A program made the translations under genes and the position numbers. Below, piece by piece: positions 1 through 14,504 of a stretch of 64,000 bases of DNA; positions within the stretch are counted from its first letter, which is position 1; the number at the start of each line of letters is the position of its first letter. The notes beneath the pieces were generated by a model that was not told the DNA's origin, did not search any database, and saw nothing but the letters and a program-made list of their open reading frames with translations. Source of the DNA: Eledone cirrhosa (taxonomy: Eukaryota); NCBI GenBank assembly GCA_964016885.1, contig OZ024740.1:180730001-180794000 (forward strand), written 5' to 3'.

Positions 1-903
1 GTTCATAGCAATGATGAATTGTGTTCGAATGAAGTTTGAACCGATGAGAATCTTAAATACTTTTTTGATTAGCAAAATAAATATCTTCAATAACCTACAG
101 CATGCGAAAATAGTTGATGTGTCTAAAATATAAACAACATCATTAAATATTAAAAGAGAAGAATTATAACTTTCCAATTAATTAGATCTACCTCTAGCGC
201 GTTAAATTGATGGTGAACAATCTCTGCTGATTTCATTTGTATAAGTGATGTCAAATAAGCAAGAACAATAAAACCTGGGACATAAACACCAATATTAAGA
301 ATTAAGAGTTAAATATGGAGAAAAATCATCGTAAAAAAAGTATTAATGTATATTAATTAATACAAAAAAAAAGTATTAATATATATTAATTAATATAAAA
401 AAAGCAATAATAAATGGGCTAAGGAATATATGCCATCAAATTCAGCACAATATTTTATTTTGGAATGAAACGCTGCCTGATTTACAATTCGTTACATTAT
501 CAGGATTTCTATGATTGCATTTTATATAATATAATGTAGGGTACACTTTCTCACGTTCGATAGATGCTGTATACAGCCATGAACGATTTTTTATTTTCGT
601 GTGTGAAAAATATACCAGACACAGTTAAAATAAAAAAATATATATATACGGAAAACATGAAAATGCCATTAAGCCTAAAGTATGATGACACAAGTAAATG
701 GTATAGATGAAAACAAGAGATATAAATATGAGCTTGAGTTTAATGAAGATTGTATTGGCTAGACAAAGTTCGACTATATCAATTTATTCTGCTGGAATAC
801 TGATTTAAAAAAAAAAAAATTCATTTACGTATACTATGTACAAATACACACACGCAACAATATTCTCCCACGTGCCTATTCTATCTCTCACCCTTCACCC
901 TCT

Positions 904-1000
<97 letters not shown>

Positions 1001-1444
1001 TGTTTGTGTGTATGTGGTATATGTGTGTATGTGTGTGTATATTATATAGGTACAGTTTTATATGTATATATTATATTTTATTTCAATCATGGTTCATTCT
1101 GAACTCAACAGTGTCCTGATTTTATCACAAACTTTTCATATTTCCATATGCGTTTCAATGTTCAAATCCTAACGTTTCTATAGATTCATAGCTATATTGG
1201 CAGAATGAATGGGCGTTTGTGTGAATTCATGCTTCTTTATGTTCAACATCATTTCCCGACACCAATACGTTATTAATAATTGAAACTATACTCATATAAC
1301 CTTGCAGGTATAATGTTATATCATAGACGAGCTATACTGTCTCCAAAAAACAAACCCCCAAACGCTGAAATATATATTCACGAGTCAAACATTTACATTG
1401 CACTAAGGACTAGTTATCTCACTAATATAATATGTCAACGACAA

Positions 1445-1600
1445 AAGCCATTATTTCAGTATAGTTACGTCCCTTAACGATCTGAGTTCAAATCCCGCTG
1501 AGGTTGACTTTGCCTTTCATCCTTACGGGGACGATAACATAAAGTACCAGTAATGCACTGGTGTAATTGCTGGCCTTGTGCCAAAAAGTAGAAATAATTC
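1445..1600 (+). mobile_element. tRNA-derived SINE, 5'-truncated copy
   Basis: B-box-like GAGTTCAAATCCC followed by the body GAGGTTGACTTTGCCTTTCATCCTTACGGGG...AAAGTACCAG, shared with 8 other copies in the window. Confidence 0.85.
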
Positions 1601-2105
1601 TTAATCCGCTGTGTTATAAAATAAACAATCTAATATAAAAAAGTCGTTCTTGCTTTAGTTGTCAATTCTGAAACAAAAGAAAGATAGATTTACTTTTAGT
1701 AGAAGCAAGGTCGAATACCATATATTTATTTTCCGTGAAAGCGCTTATATTAAGCGCCTAGATAACACCCAAGGATTCATCCGAAAAAAATAGTGGTATT
1801 ATACTGTTATAAGGAACCAATATCAAATTATAACTTTGAGAGGTAGCTGGAAATTTAAAGAATATGTAAATCTATAGGGTATATTGTACTCTCTCTTTTC
1901 ACATTTTGAAATGCTCGATCAAAGTTTCAAGACAAAACTAAATGGCTGTTGTTTTAGAAATTACTGAAGATATTAAAGCTAAAATCTATCTAGAAGTGTT
2001 GATAAATTTTGCTCACAGCGTTTTGCTATCCAAATGTAAAGGGTAACATAACAAATAACAAAAACAGCATAGGATGATGAATCATTATATGTATAGGGTC
2101 TAGAT

Positions 2106-2424
2106 CAGAGTCGTGAAACAGGCGGCCCGGGCGCCACAATCTGACCCGCCAGACCGGTCGGAGTGCCCCACGATTACCGTTTTTTCATTTTTACTTTGTG
2201 GGCTTTTTTATAAATTTTTTCGTAACCGTAATACAATTTTCTGTTAGCTGATCTATACTAAAGGGCTTCACTAATAGGATTGTGTGTTATAATTTCCCAG
2301 TTCCATTTCTATGGAAAGAAATTGTGCTGAATCTTTGGAATAGTGTTTAATAAATATGAATGGCCTTAATAGTTGTTTCAATGTTCAAAAGTGTCCCGCC
2401 AATGGAATATGTTGCACACACCTG
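2106..2424. mobile_element. Non-autonomous hAT (Charlie-like) element/MITE
   Basis: CAG...CTG termini flanked by a perfect 8-bp TSD GTCTAGAT (2098-2105 and 2425-2432), matching the NTCTAGAN target of Charlie-type hATs; GC-rich subterminal GCGGCCC motif. Confidence 0.75.
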
Positions 2425-2805
2425 GTCTAGATGTAATCATACGGTACTCTAACGTATTAAAATGTATATATTTTCGATAATGAATATCTAACATTTAGCA
2501 TAATTTCATTCTAAAAAATATAGTGCCACATGAGATATAACATTTATGAGGCCAAGTAATGGAATTGAATATATATTTTCTATAACGGCATATCAAATTA
2601 TATGAATGAATGTAAAAGAAAAACATTGAGTGAACTTAATCGTCTTTAATATTTAATTATTAATCATCGTAATGTTTTAAAACCTTATTTTTATTTGCTT
2701 CACTTTTTCAGCAATTTGATATAGTTTATATGGTATTTGTTTCTTTAATTTTATAGAAATATTCAGCAATTTCTATGAATTTGTTTGTCAAACATTGACA
2801 AACTT

Positions 2806-2916
2806 ATTGTAAAATTGACTAAGTAATCCCACGCACATTCACACATACAATCACTTACATTTACACTCACACACATGCACACATTCATATATGTATATAT
2901 ATATATATATATTACC

Positions 2917-2978
<62 letters not shown>

Positions 2979-2980
2979 GG

Positions 2981-3053
<73 letters not shown>

Positions 3054-3135
3054 TGAATGTGCGCATGTGTGTGAGTGTAAATGTGCGTGATAGTATGTGT
3101 GAATGTGCGTGGGATTACTTAATCAATTTTACAAT
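2806..3135. repeat. Fold-back inverted repeat around (TA)n, with a nested inner palindrome
   Basis: ATTGTAAAATTGACTAAGTAATCCCACGCACATTCACACATAC is mirrored at about 3093-3135; the inner pair ATTACCCACTA / TAGTGGGTAAT spans 2911-2984. Confidence 0.85.
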
Positions 3136-3507
3136 ATATATATATATATATATATATAGTAGGTAATATATATATATATATAGTGCGTAATAGGAAAATG
3201 TTCAAGACCCCGACGGCTATTTCTGACTAAATTTTTCGGTTGTTTATTACCACGCTAAAAATTCTGATTTAGTCCAAAAATAGCCGTAGAAACGGCTTGA
3301 GCTCTGGCGTCGGGGTATACATATATGTATATATATATATATATTAAATACACAAAATTGATGGAATAATGTGCAACATTTTAAGAGTCTTAGATGTGTA
3401 TAAATATGGGGGAATATCCAATGTAAAAATCGCAAATTGTTCGTTTAAGGTGAAATGTTGTATACAGTAATAAATCCACAAAAAGTGAGCCTGATGTGAA
3501 TTATACA

Positions 3508-3630
3508 ATAATAATAATTGTTTCTAATTTTGGCACAAGGCCAAACATTATTTCGGTGCATTACTGGTACTTTATTTTAGCGGTAAGGATGAAAGGCAAA
3601 GTTAACCTCAGTGGGGTTTGAACTCTATAC
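3508..3630 (-). mobile_element. tRNA-derived SINE, degenerate partial copy
   Basis: Reverse complement of the SINE body (GGCACAAGGCC...GGATGAAAGGCAAAGTTAACCTC...TTTGAACTC). Confidence 0.75.
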
Positions 3631-3719
3631 AATATAAATAATAATAACGATTTATCAGCCACAAAGGGCTCCAATTAAGGAGAAATTTAGGCAAACACAG
3701 GATGATACATGGTGGGTTT

Positions 3720-4680
3720 TTTAGTGTAAAACACAATTTATAACAGAGATTGAGAAAATAAACATTAAGAAAAAAAACAAAACAAATTCTGCAAATGTGA
3801 GGAGACTCCAAATATTACAAAGTTTAACAGAAAAGCCAGGAACACACTGACCTCTTGGGCCAGCACCCTCTCCCAGTTGTCGACCTTCAGGGTAGGCCGA
3901 TTCACATGAGCCATCGTTGACTCTCTCACCCACCGTTCAACAAACTGGCTGCAAAGCAGCACCTCCTGCTCCATCCTGATTTTCCTTTTCAGGTGAAACA
4001 CGAAAAGATAATGAGAGCGTCGTTAGAGAGCAAATTCCCGTTTACAAACCTTTCAGGCATGTCGACCATACGACATCTTTCACCATGTCCATCCGACAGA
4101 AAAAAAAATCTTCCCTGCCCTTTCTGGTTAGAGGAGGGCGGTGGGGAAAGTTTTCATTAATTGTCAAACTAATGCAAGAAAATGAATTCTCCAGTAGGGG
4201 GCGAACGACCCAGGAGTGACTAAGTGATCCCATCAATCCTGAACCTCCTGTCGCTTTGAGGGCGTCCTGAAAGTGCACCATTTTCCTCATCAAAATACAC
4301 TGCCTACACGTGCATGTGCAGAACAGGCCAATTCATACGGGTCATTCTCTCCACATTTACCGACCTTCTAGCATATGTATTGGGGTAAATACTTTTCGCT
4401 CTAACCTCACCTTCCTTTCCAAATGAAACGTGAAATGTTTGATGAGTCCTTTCAAAGTTGTCCATCTCACATACTCTTTCGCTACTTCGACGTAGCCATT
4501 AACTTTGACCACCGAGCATATGTTGCTGTACACTGATGTGATCTAGACCCTGAAAACAGGACTGAAGTTAGCTGCCTATAGCATCTAGCTATCGAAAGCT
4601 TTCGATTGATCTAAATCTATCAGAGCCCAACTGAAAACCGGTTCACACCCTACGCTCTCTATGATGTATCATATGAGGTG
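3720..4680 (-). pseudogene. Degenerate L1/Tx1-clade LINE fragment (RT remnant joined to C-terminal region)
   Basis: Minus-strand translation near 4590-4630 gives ALIDLDQSKAFD (RT motif, Tx1/L1-like) followed by ...SVVKVNG; stops and frameshifts present; C-terminal ORF 3765-4001. Confidence 0.6.
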
Positions 4681-4979
4681 GAGTCAAGGACAACATATAT
4701 GGTGCCCATGAATAAACATCAACATTAATGCAATCACCGAGATGAAACCTTTCTTGTGCTTGCTCTTTTATTTCACTTATCAACGCCACCGTTTCGTCTC
4801 ACGCAAAAACATCCATTCTTTATTTTGATTTAGTTATCCTATAACGTTTCTGATACGGCAGGCGTACCATTTTCATCTTCAAACCAATGGAAATCCGTAC
4901 TTAAGTCACAAACAATGTTAATACAAATACTTTCAACTTTCCCATATGTTGATTGCACTTTTCGTCTTTCTATGGTCAA

Positions 4980-6573
<1,594 letters not shown>

Positions 6574-7198
6574 CCCTTTTCATGTTTTCCAATGGCAATA
6601 TCATTGATTATGGGATTATGGGACTTCTGTAAGAATATTCCATTATTCCGATATTAAGTCGACAATGCATGTGATCATGTAATACTTAGATAGAGTTGGA
6701 CTGTGCGCAACATATTTTTTTTATTCTTTATTCATGAATAATGTATTTAGTTTGAAGCCGGTTTCTATGTATTTTTTTTATAGTTCTTTTTTTTCCATAG
6801 CTTGATGTGGTTACTGCAAGATTCTAGAAAACAGTTATTTCCTTTTTATTAGAAATTGGATATACGAATGATAATTTTTGTATGCGTTAAATGATATTGG
6901 ATAAATTGTAAGATACATTAACGATTGTTTAGTATAGTATATTCGAAATAGGTGCTAAGAGAACGCAAGTTTCATAGGATCACTAAAATATTTTGGTGAT
7001 ATTAATAACGGTATGCCAATATGTTTAAGCCTGATCCCTTAAAGAAATGTTAAATCGCTGTTTGTGACAAATTAAAACTGTTTGAGCATAAAACTACAAT
7101 TCAAAACAATAGTTAATAAAAGTAACAAACGCGATTTCGCCTGCATTTATCGCACATTACACATTGTTTGTGACTGCAACACTGTTTTGAATATATTA

Positions 7199-7384
7199 AT
7201 ATAATTGTTTGGCACAAGACCAGCAATTACCCAGTGCATTACTGGTACTTTATTTCATCGACCCCGTAAGGATGAAAGGCAAAGTTAACCTCGGCGGGAT
7301 TTGAACTCAGTATAGCAAGGGCCGTAACTCTATGCGTCAAATCATGGTCTCCGTCCCTCTACCGATACTAACAATCCACCGCCC
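7199..7384 (-). mobile_element. tRNA-derived SINE, full-length, with 13-bp TSD
   Basis: SINE body on the minus strand; TSD TTTGAATATATTA at 7186-7198 and 7385-7397. Confidence 0.9.
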
Positions 7385-7609
7385 TTTGAATATATTAGTA
7401 TAATGTTCATTTTACTGGTTCGAAATGCGGACGGTTATAAAGTCGCATGTCTTGATGTGCCCCTAACATAATAATTTCTGGTGATCTAATATGGAACATA
7501 ATGAGATATGCATTTCTTAACATTGAATTTAAGAGAGCCTGAAAGGAAAAGCAATTATGTCTTGCATATAATCACCATTGTTAAACTATGATTATACCAT
7601 CATCATAGC

Positions 7610-9470
7610 TTGGTTTCGCGAACGAATATTATGAAGTGGGTGAACCACGTTGACTCATATCTGTTCAGGCCAATGTAGCACAGGCAGGCACGCCATTTGG
7701 AGGTATGTTCAGGTTAAAATGACATGTTGCGGTTCTCCTTCCTGTATCTTCAGTCCTTGAAAGTAGCTCTGGATGTGCTTTCGAAAGGAGGAGATAGGAT
7801 GGGTGATGCTGAGACACCAGACGTCACTGTTCTCAAACAGGTTGGACATCCGGTGATCATCGATGTGACAAGCACAAAGAGATTTTTTTCAAACAATCCT
7901 TGTATCGCTTCCTTCGTGCCTCCTATCACTAATGTAAGTGGAGAGTTCACCCTACAGCGTGATCTTAAGCAGGCGAGGATCCTTCGTTTTAGAGACGTGC
8001 CCTTTGCAGCGTAGTTGTAACTTCAGCAGCTTGGCATCGGTGCTCGTGAGATCGGCCCGTTCAAAATTTCAACATAGGTAACAATGTCTCTCCTGTGAAA
8101 GTTGGGAATGGTTCGAAGGCAATGGTGGTTATGCGCTCGAATAGTCAAAGGTGGTGGGGAAAGGTTACCCATCACTCTAAACCATATATGAGGGTGGTAA
8201 GAACTATGGCTCAGTACACTCAAATCTTTATACCTTTCTTCGGGTGTTTCTTCGTGTGTTTCTACAGTCTCCCAAATGCACTGCTCCCCTTTTCCAGACT
8301 TGCTAAATATCCTGTCGATCTTGACATCTGATGTGATTGTGCACTCAAGGCAGGTGGACCGATGGGCTGTTTTCAGTTCAGTCTTGCCAATGGGGTTATA
8401 TATGGAGGGCGTTACGCTTTCTGGGGTGCAGGCTAATATAGTTTTTCCGTCTTCTTTAGGCTTACTTCTAGCCAAAAGACCTGAGAAGCCTCTGCAAAGC
8501 AAGAAGTGTTGCGCTGCAAAGTTCTTTCCGTGAGGGCAACAAGAGCAGCATCGTCGGCAAAGTGGAGGATTCAGATTGGTTGCTCCAGAAATATCGTGTG
8601 GGCTTGTAGTCGACGAAGATTAAACAGACTGCCATCATGATGGTGTCTGATGTAGATTCTATTCTCTTTATCAAGGTCTTTTGTGGCCTGCTATATTGTG
8701 AAGAGAGTTGGTTTCTTCAATGGTGGGCAACTCATGCAGCTATATCTTTACTAGTTGTTAGGGAATGCAGAGAATTGATTATTTCTGGAGATGTGCGGAT
8801 AGCTTTGAAGAGAGCTTGGAAAGGTTCCGACTAACGGCTTCAGATATGAGGAGGGCATGGCCGTCTGCAGTGCACAAAAGACTCTAGACATGATATGTAG
8901 GGCCACACACCACATTTAAGGCTTCGTAGAATATTTTAATATTTCCACTGTATGTGTGTCTACAGTGTATCCATTGTTTGTGCACAACTGATTTATCTTG
9001 GAGAGATTGGCGCACCATTTGTTCTGGATCTATTGAAGCTTACGCTAGAATTTATTGCATACGAGGCAGAATGCAGATTTATTCAGGCAAAAAGATGGCT
9101 GTTCTAAGAGTGCCGGGTGGGTGGATCTGTTCTTCACCAGCAATTCTTGAATTTTCCTGTTTTCATGAAACCAGTTTTTTGTTCTTATTTGGGGTGAACG
9201 AAATGACTTCGCCAGATGACTGTAAAATTAATATTTTCGTGGCAGCTCTGGTTGACCAAGTGTTTTGCACTCTCAATCTATAATGCAGCTGTTTAATGAC
9301 ACTCAGCTAACGAGGTACTTGTCGACTGTGTCTTTATTGTTATGTCTTCTGTTTCAAGTGTGTCCTTGATTAGGTGCGGTTTGATGGGAATAATTCTTGA
9401 CTTACAGTAAGGCACAACCTATTCTACTGGTACACAATCCGAAGCGAATTGCTAGGAATCCTTGAGTGAA
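7610..9470 (-). pseudogene. Degenerate RTE-clade LINE (3' half of the RT ORF)
   Basis: Frameshifted minus-strand pieces resemble the RTE C-terminal region (for example ...YKDLSVLSHS.., ..KEAIQGLFEK.., a terminal Cys/His knuckle remnant near 7660-7720); GC content is higher than the flanks. Confidence 0.6.
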
Positions 9471-9988
9471 AATACCGTAAATACTAGCAATACTTTGGAG
9501 AAATTATTATTTCAAAAGCAACTTACACGGCAGAATTTTATAAATATTCAATAGTGTTCCCAACTATAATGGTGCATTAAAGAAAGAAGGATAGAGTGGA
9601 AAAATAAAACATTAAAAGATTATAGAAATGACGAGGAATAGAAAAAGCACGTGCAAACATTATACTGCAACTAAACATACACACAAACTTACACAAAACG
9701 ATATATATATAAAAACAAATAACGAAACGCAATTAAATTTCGTTTCGTTTGTAACTCACTTTTGTATGACTGACGCTTAAACAATTAAGTTAAAAATGTA
9801 CATCCACATATGTATACTGAAATACTAGTATGCATATGAATACACACACGTATACATATGTAGATGTACCAAGTTTTTCACTGGTCACTTTACTGTGAGT
9901 GTCCAGCTATTCTGTATGTAAACACACAGACAAACCGGTTTTTAGAGTCATACTGGTTCTTGAGGAAACACCTTTCCTCTATTCTCCA

Positions 9989-10068
9989 GAAAGCCAGACA
10001 AGGAATATTGAACTAGTTTCGTTGTTGTTACAACTCATCAGCAATATTTACCTATCTTCCGGCCTTTC
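9989..10068 (-). ncRNA. Type I hammerhead ribozyme, family A (inverted copy)
   Basis: Reverse complement of the motif at 10512-10591; TCATCAG at 10035-10041. Confidence 0.88.
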
Positions 10069-10511
10069 TGGAGAATCGTAAAAGCACATATCGTTATATG
10101 CTTTTTCTATGAAAATTAGTAGTGGGCAGACTAATTTGCATAGAGTGTGAGTACGTACCGGTTCAACGGAGACGATAAAAACAAATAACGAAACGAAATT
10201 AAATTTCGTTTCGTTTGTAACTCACGTTTGTATGACTGAAGCTTAAACAATTAAGTTAAAAATGTACATCCACATATGTATACTGAAATACTAGTATGCA
10301 TATGAATACACACACGTATACATACTTAATTGTTTAGGCGTCAGTCATACAAAAGTGAGTTACAAACGAAACGAAATTTAATTTCGTTTCGTTATTTGTT
10401 TTTATCGCCTCCGTTGAACCGGTACGTACTCACACTCTATGCAAATTAGTCTGCCCACTACTAATTTTCATAGAAAAAGCATATAACGATATGTGCTTTT
10501 ACGATTCTCCA

Positions 10512-10591
10512 GAAAGGCCGGAAGATAGGTAAATATTGCTGATGAGTTGTAACAACAACGAAACTAGTTCAATATTCCTTGTCTGGCTTTC
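10512..10591 (+). ncRNA. Type I hammerhead ribozyme, family A
   Basis: Stem I AATATTG/CAATATT, extended by GAAAGGCCGGA/TCTGGCTTTC; core CTGATGA (10539-10545); stem II GTTGT-AACA-ACAAC; GAAA; palindromic stem III ACTAGT; GUU cleavage triplet (10567-10569). Confidence 0.9.
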
Positions 10592-10977
10592 TGAAGAATA
10601 GAGGAAAGGTGTTTCCTCAAAAACCAGTATGACTCTAAAAACCGGTTTGTCTGTGTGTTTACATACAGAATAGCTGGACACTCACAGTAAAGTGACCAGT
10701 GAAAAACTTGGTACATCTACATATGTATACGTGTGTGTATTCATATGCATACTAGTATTTCAGTATACATATGTGGATGTACATTTTTAACTTAATTGTT
10801 TAAGCGTCAGTCATACAAAAGTGAGTTACAAACGAAACGAAATTTAATTTCGTTTCGTTATTTGTTTTTATCGTCTCCGTTGAACCGGTACGTACTCACA
10901 CTCTATGCAAATTAGTCTGCCCACTACTAATTTTCATAGAAAAAGCATATAACGATATGTGCTTTTACGATTCTCCA

Positions 10978-11057
10978 GAAAGGCCGGAAGATAGGTAAAT
11001 ATTGCTGATGAGTTGTAACAACAACGAAACTAGTTCAATATTCCTTGTCTGGCTTTC
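10978..11057 (+). ncRNA. Type I hammerhead ribozyme, family A
   Basis: Same motif, CTGATGA at 11005. Confidence 0.9.
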
Positions 11058-11443
11058 TGGAGAATAGAGGAAAGGTGTTTCCTCAAAAACCAGTATGACT
11101 CTAAAAACCGGTTTGTCTGTGTGTTTACATACAGAATAGCTGGACACTCACAGTAAAGTGACCAGTGAAAAATTTGGTACATCTACATATGTATACGTGT
11201 GTGTATTCATATGCATACTAGTATTTCAGTATACATATGTGGATGTACATTTTTAACTTAATTGTTTAAGCGTCAGTCATACACAAGTGAGTTACAAACG
11301 AAACGAAATTTAATTGCGTTTCGTTATTTGTTTCTATCGTCTCCGTTGAACCGGTACGTACTCACACTCTATGCAAATTAGTCTGCCCACTACTAATTTT
11401 CATAGAAAAAGCATATAACGATATGTGCTTTTACGATTCTCCA

Positions 11444-11523
11444 GAAAGGCCGGAAGATAGGTAAATATTGCTGATGAGTTGTAACAACAACGAAACTAGT
11501 TCAATATTCCTTGTCTGGCTTTC
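11444..11523 (+). ncRNA. Type I hammerhead ribozyme, family A
   Basis: Same motif, CTGATGA at 11471. Confidence 0.9.
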
Positions 11524-11730
11524 TGGAGAATAGAGGAAAGGTGTTTCATCAAAAACCAGTATGACTCTAAAAACCGGTTTGTCTGTGTGTTTACATACAG
11601 AATAGCTGGACACTCACAGTAAAGTGACCAGTGAACAATTTGGTACATCTACATATGTATACGTGTGTGTATTCATATGCATACTAGTATTTCAGTATAC
11701 ATATGTGGATGTACATTTTTAACTTAATTG

Positions 11731-11818
<88 letters not shown>

Positions 11819-14009
11819 GCATGTGTGTATGCATAAGCGTGTAAATACAGTGCTGTTCTTAAGAATATGTACACTGCAGATCGTATAGATTTTTAGAGCT
11901 GGACTGTTTTATTACAGATGGTTTTCTATTACATAGCAATAGTACATACACATTCACTTAGCTTTTACTGAATCCATAATTTCATTATACAAATGTAGAT
12001 ATAAGAGCAATTATTTATATCAACATGCTAGGGATAACCATTGTTAATAATTGTGCTTTTAAACGTGCAAATCCATGGCGCATACTTTGGGATTTCTATG
12101 TGTTGGTTTGTTTCAAATGCGACATTTTCAAACGAGGATGATTTTTTTCTGTTTCATCTACATTTGTATATTATTAAGCGGGAATTTATTGTGCATGCAT
12201 ATATATTGCTGATGAAATATATAACCGGTTTCTTATTGCAACGAGAACTAATGTTGAATAAATAGCTTTCACTGTATTATTAATCCTAATATATATTAAA
12301 ATCAGATTAGAATAATATTTTGTAATTCTTTGATAGTTTTAGACAAGTTTCAGGGAGAATGAAAAAGACGCAATTAAAAACATTCAGCTATAAATCCTGA
12401 GCTCTTGAACATATATTCAACAAACATCATATATGCATATCTACAATACAAAGCTAGAAAATATCATCCCAGTTTACTACAGCAGAATTGCAAAACACGG
12501 AAGCCATTTGGAAAGAAAAATATAATTTATCAATTATGTAACATGCCACTTTAAACAAGAGCCAACAATTATCACAAAATTAATGAACGCCACATTATTT
12601 AATTAATTTAGCTGAATCACACTTTTTTTAACAATGATAATGAAGCTCCACAGAAACTTGACAAATTCCCGAAGTCATGAATAATAATCTGAAGATGACA
12701 ATAGAACATTATTTAAGATATGGAATTATGTTTCTGTGAAACCCCAAAATTGTTTTCCCTGTCAATATTTAGGTAAGTCAGAACAACTAACTTCCTGATT
12801 TATTTTAAATAAAAAGAAATACATTGAAACTAAACTAACTCTTTGCTGCTGCGCAGAGGTAAATATCTCATCAACCGCTTGATTTCCTACATATGGTGTT
12901 CAATATTTACCTGAAATTCTATCTCATGAATCAGAGAATTTGAATTACATCTATCAAATACTAGATATAAGATATGTGTGACTATGTAAACATGCTACGT
13001 ATGGCAATTAAACTTATATTTAACGAAAGACATGTTGTATTGAATTAAATGGCATTCTTATTAATTTATATCTCTGTAACATTTACGAAACACCTTCAGA
13101 ATACTTCATTAAGGACTCAAGGCTTAATAGTTAGAAACGAGGGTTGCGGCTTTCGCAAAAATAAGCGGTTGGTGATTTGGGAGAAATAAAATACCATTAG
13201 CGATTCTCTCATTGACCAACGAAAAAAGCAGTATATTACAGAATTTCGGGGTTCTGTGTTATCGTGTAGGTGAAATGTTCTCAACCCATTTCGGCCAAAC
13301 GCCCCCTTTTGCCTCTCGAAATCACGAAACGCCCCTCCCCCCTATTTTTCCATTATTAAATATACTATTGATTTTGATATCAGTAGATTAATGGGCCAAA
13401 AAATCAAGTTATCTTTGAATCTTTAAAAAATACTCGTACGAATTAAATTCAAAAGAGTTTCAGTCCAAAAGAAAAGCAAGATATTTAAAATGATATATTT
13501 TTGAAATAAAAAAAAAAGATTTGATCTCAGTCGAAAATTTATTTTTTTTTTAAATTCTATATTTCACTGTTACCTGTTGTAATATTTTGAGTGGATAGAC
13601 AATTGAAACTGTAAAGTCAAAATACAAAAGATGCAAAATATGAAGAATTTCTTACCTTTCTCTGAAATCACAAACTCAGAGGAAAAATATTAGCTTGCAA
13701 AATAATATACCTCGTAGCGAAATAAAATACTTAGTGGCCACGAATGAATGGAGAAGCTTGGTGACTGAAAAAGCAAGATCTGTGTGCCTTGGTTTTGGTA
13801 CAGGAAGAATGTTGTCTCCAGTTTTTATTGCAGGTCAAAGGTCACTGCTCTTTTCAACAACACCAAATAACAACGCCACATATATATATATATATATTTG
13901 AAGAGAGAATGAGGGGGGAGAGTAAAATAGCTGTGTGTGTTTGGAAAACGTATATCTACCTATCTATCTATCACCAACAGAGGGCTCAAACATGGTAGAC
14001 CAGACAGAA

Positions 14010-14323
14010 AAATAATAATTGTTTCTACTTTAGGCACAAGGCCAGCAAATACCCAGTGCATTACTGGTACTTAATTTTATCGACCCCCGTAAGGATGAAA
14101 GGCAGAGTCAACCTCGGCGGGATTGGAACTCAGATCGTAAAGGGACGTAACTATGCTGGAAAGCATGGCGTCCGACCCTCTACCGATACTGCCAATCCAC
14201 CGCCCTGAAAAATAATTGTTTCTACTTTAGGCACAAGGCCAGCAATTACACCAGTGCAATACTGGTACTTTATTTTATCGACCCCGTAAGGATGAAAGGC
14301 AAAGTCAACCTCGGCGGGATTTG
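14010..14323 (-). mobile_element. Tandem SINE dimer (full copy plus 5'-truncated copy)
   Basis: Two consecutive minus-strand SINE bodies (about 14010-14205 and 14208-14323), each bounded by GAAAAATAAT. Confidence 0.88.
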
Positions 14324-14504
14324 AAAAATAATAATACCCTTTTGTTGTATCTGAACCCTTTTAATTACCCACAAAACCAATACATATATCCCCCTCTTCT
14401 CTCTCATTCCTCTTCTATTTCTTCGTTTTCTTCCTTCCTTCCCTCCCCTTCCAGGCTATCTTTTCTTTTCCTCTTTCTGACCTCCTTCTTTGCTTTTATT
14501 TTTG

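Larger units (their letters stand above)
9712..11729. mobile_element. Retrozyme-like tandem array, family A (466-bp unit): about 1.3 units in minus sense, then about 3 units in plus sense, head-to-head, inserted in (TA)n
   Basis: Period of 466 bp (equivalent ORFs at 10499, 10965, 11431); inverted copy at 9712-10325; each full unit contains a hammerhead ribozyme; both ends abut TA repeats. Confidence 0.85.

Noticed and set aside
9899-11613. Repeated 60-aa ORF in the 466-bp unit, and 63/78-aa ORFs in the 479-bp unit
   Set aside because: They are antisense to the ribozyme strand, partly microsatellite-derived, mostly with non-ATG starts, and not conserved between the two families
12600-12780. 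Possible host exon ending at AG/GTAAGT (about 12772)
   Set aside because: All frames are interrupted shortly upstream, with no clear acceptor and no recognisable protein motif
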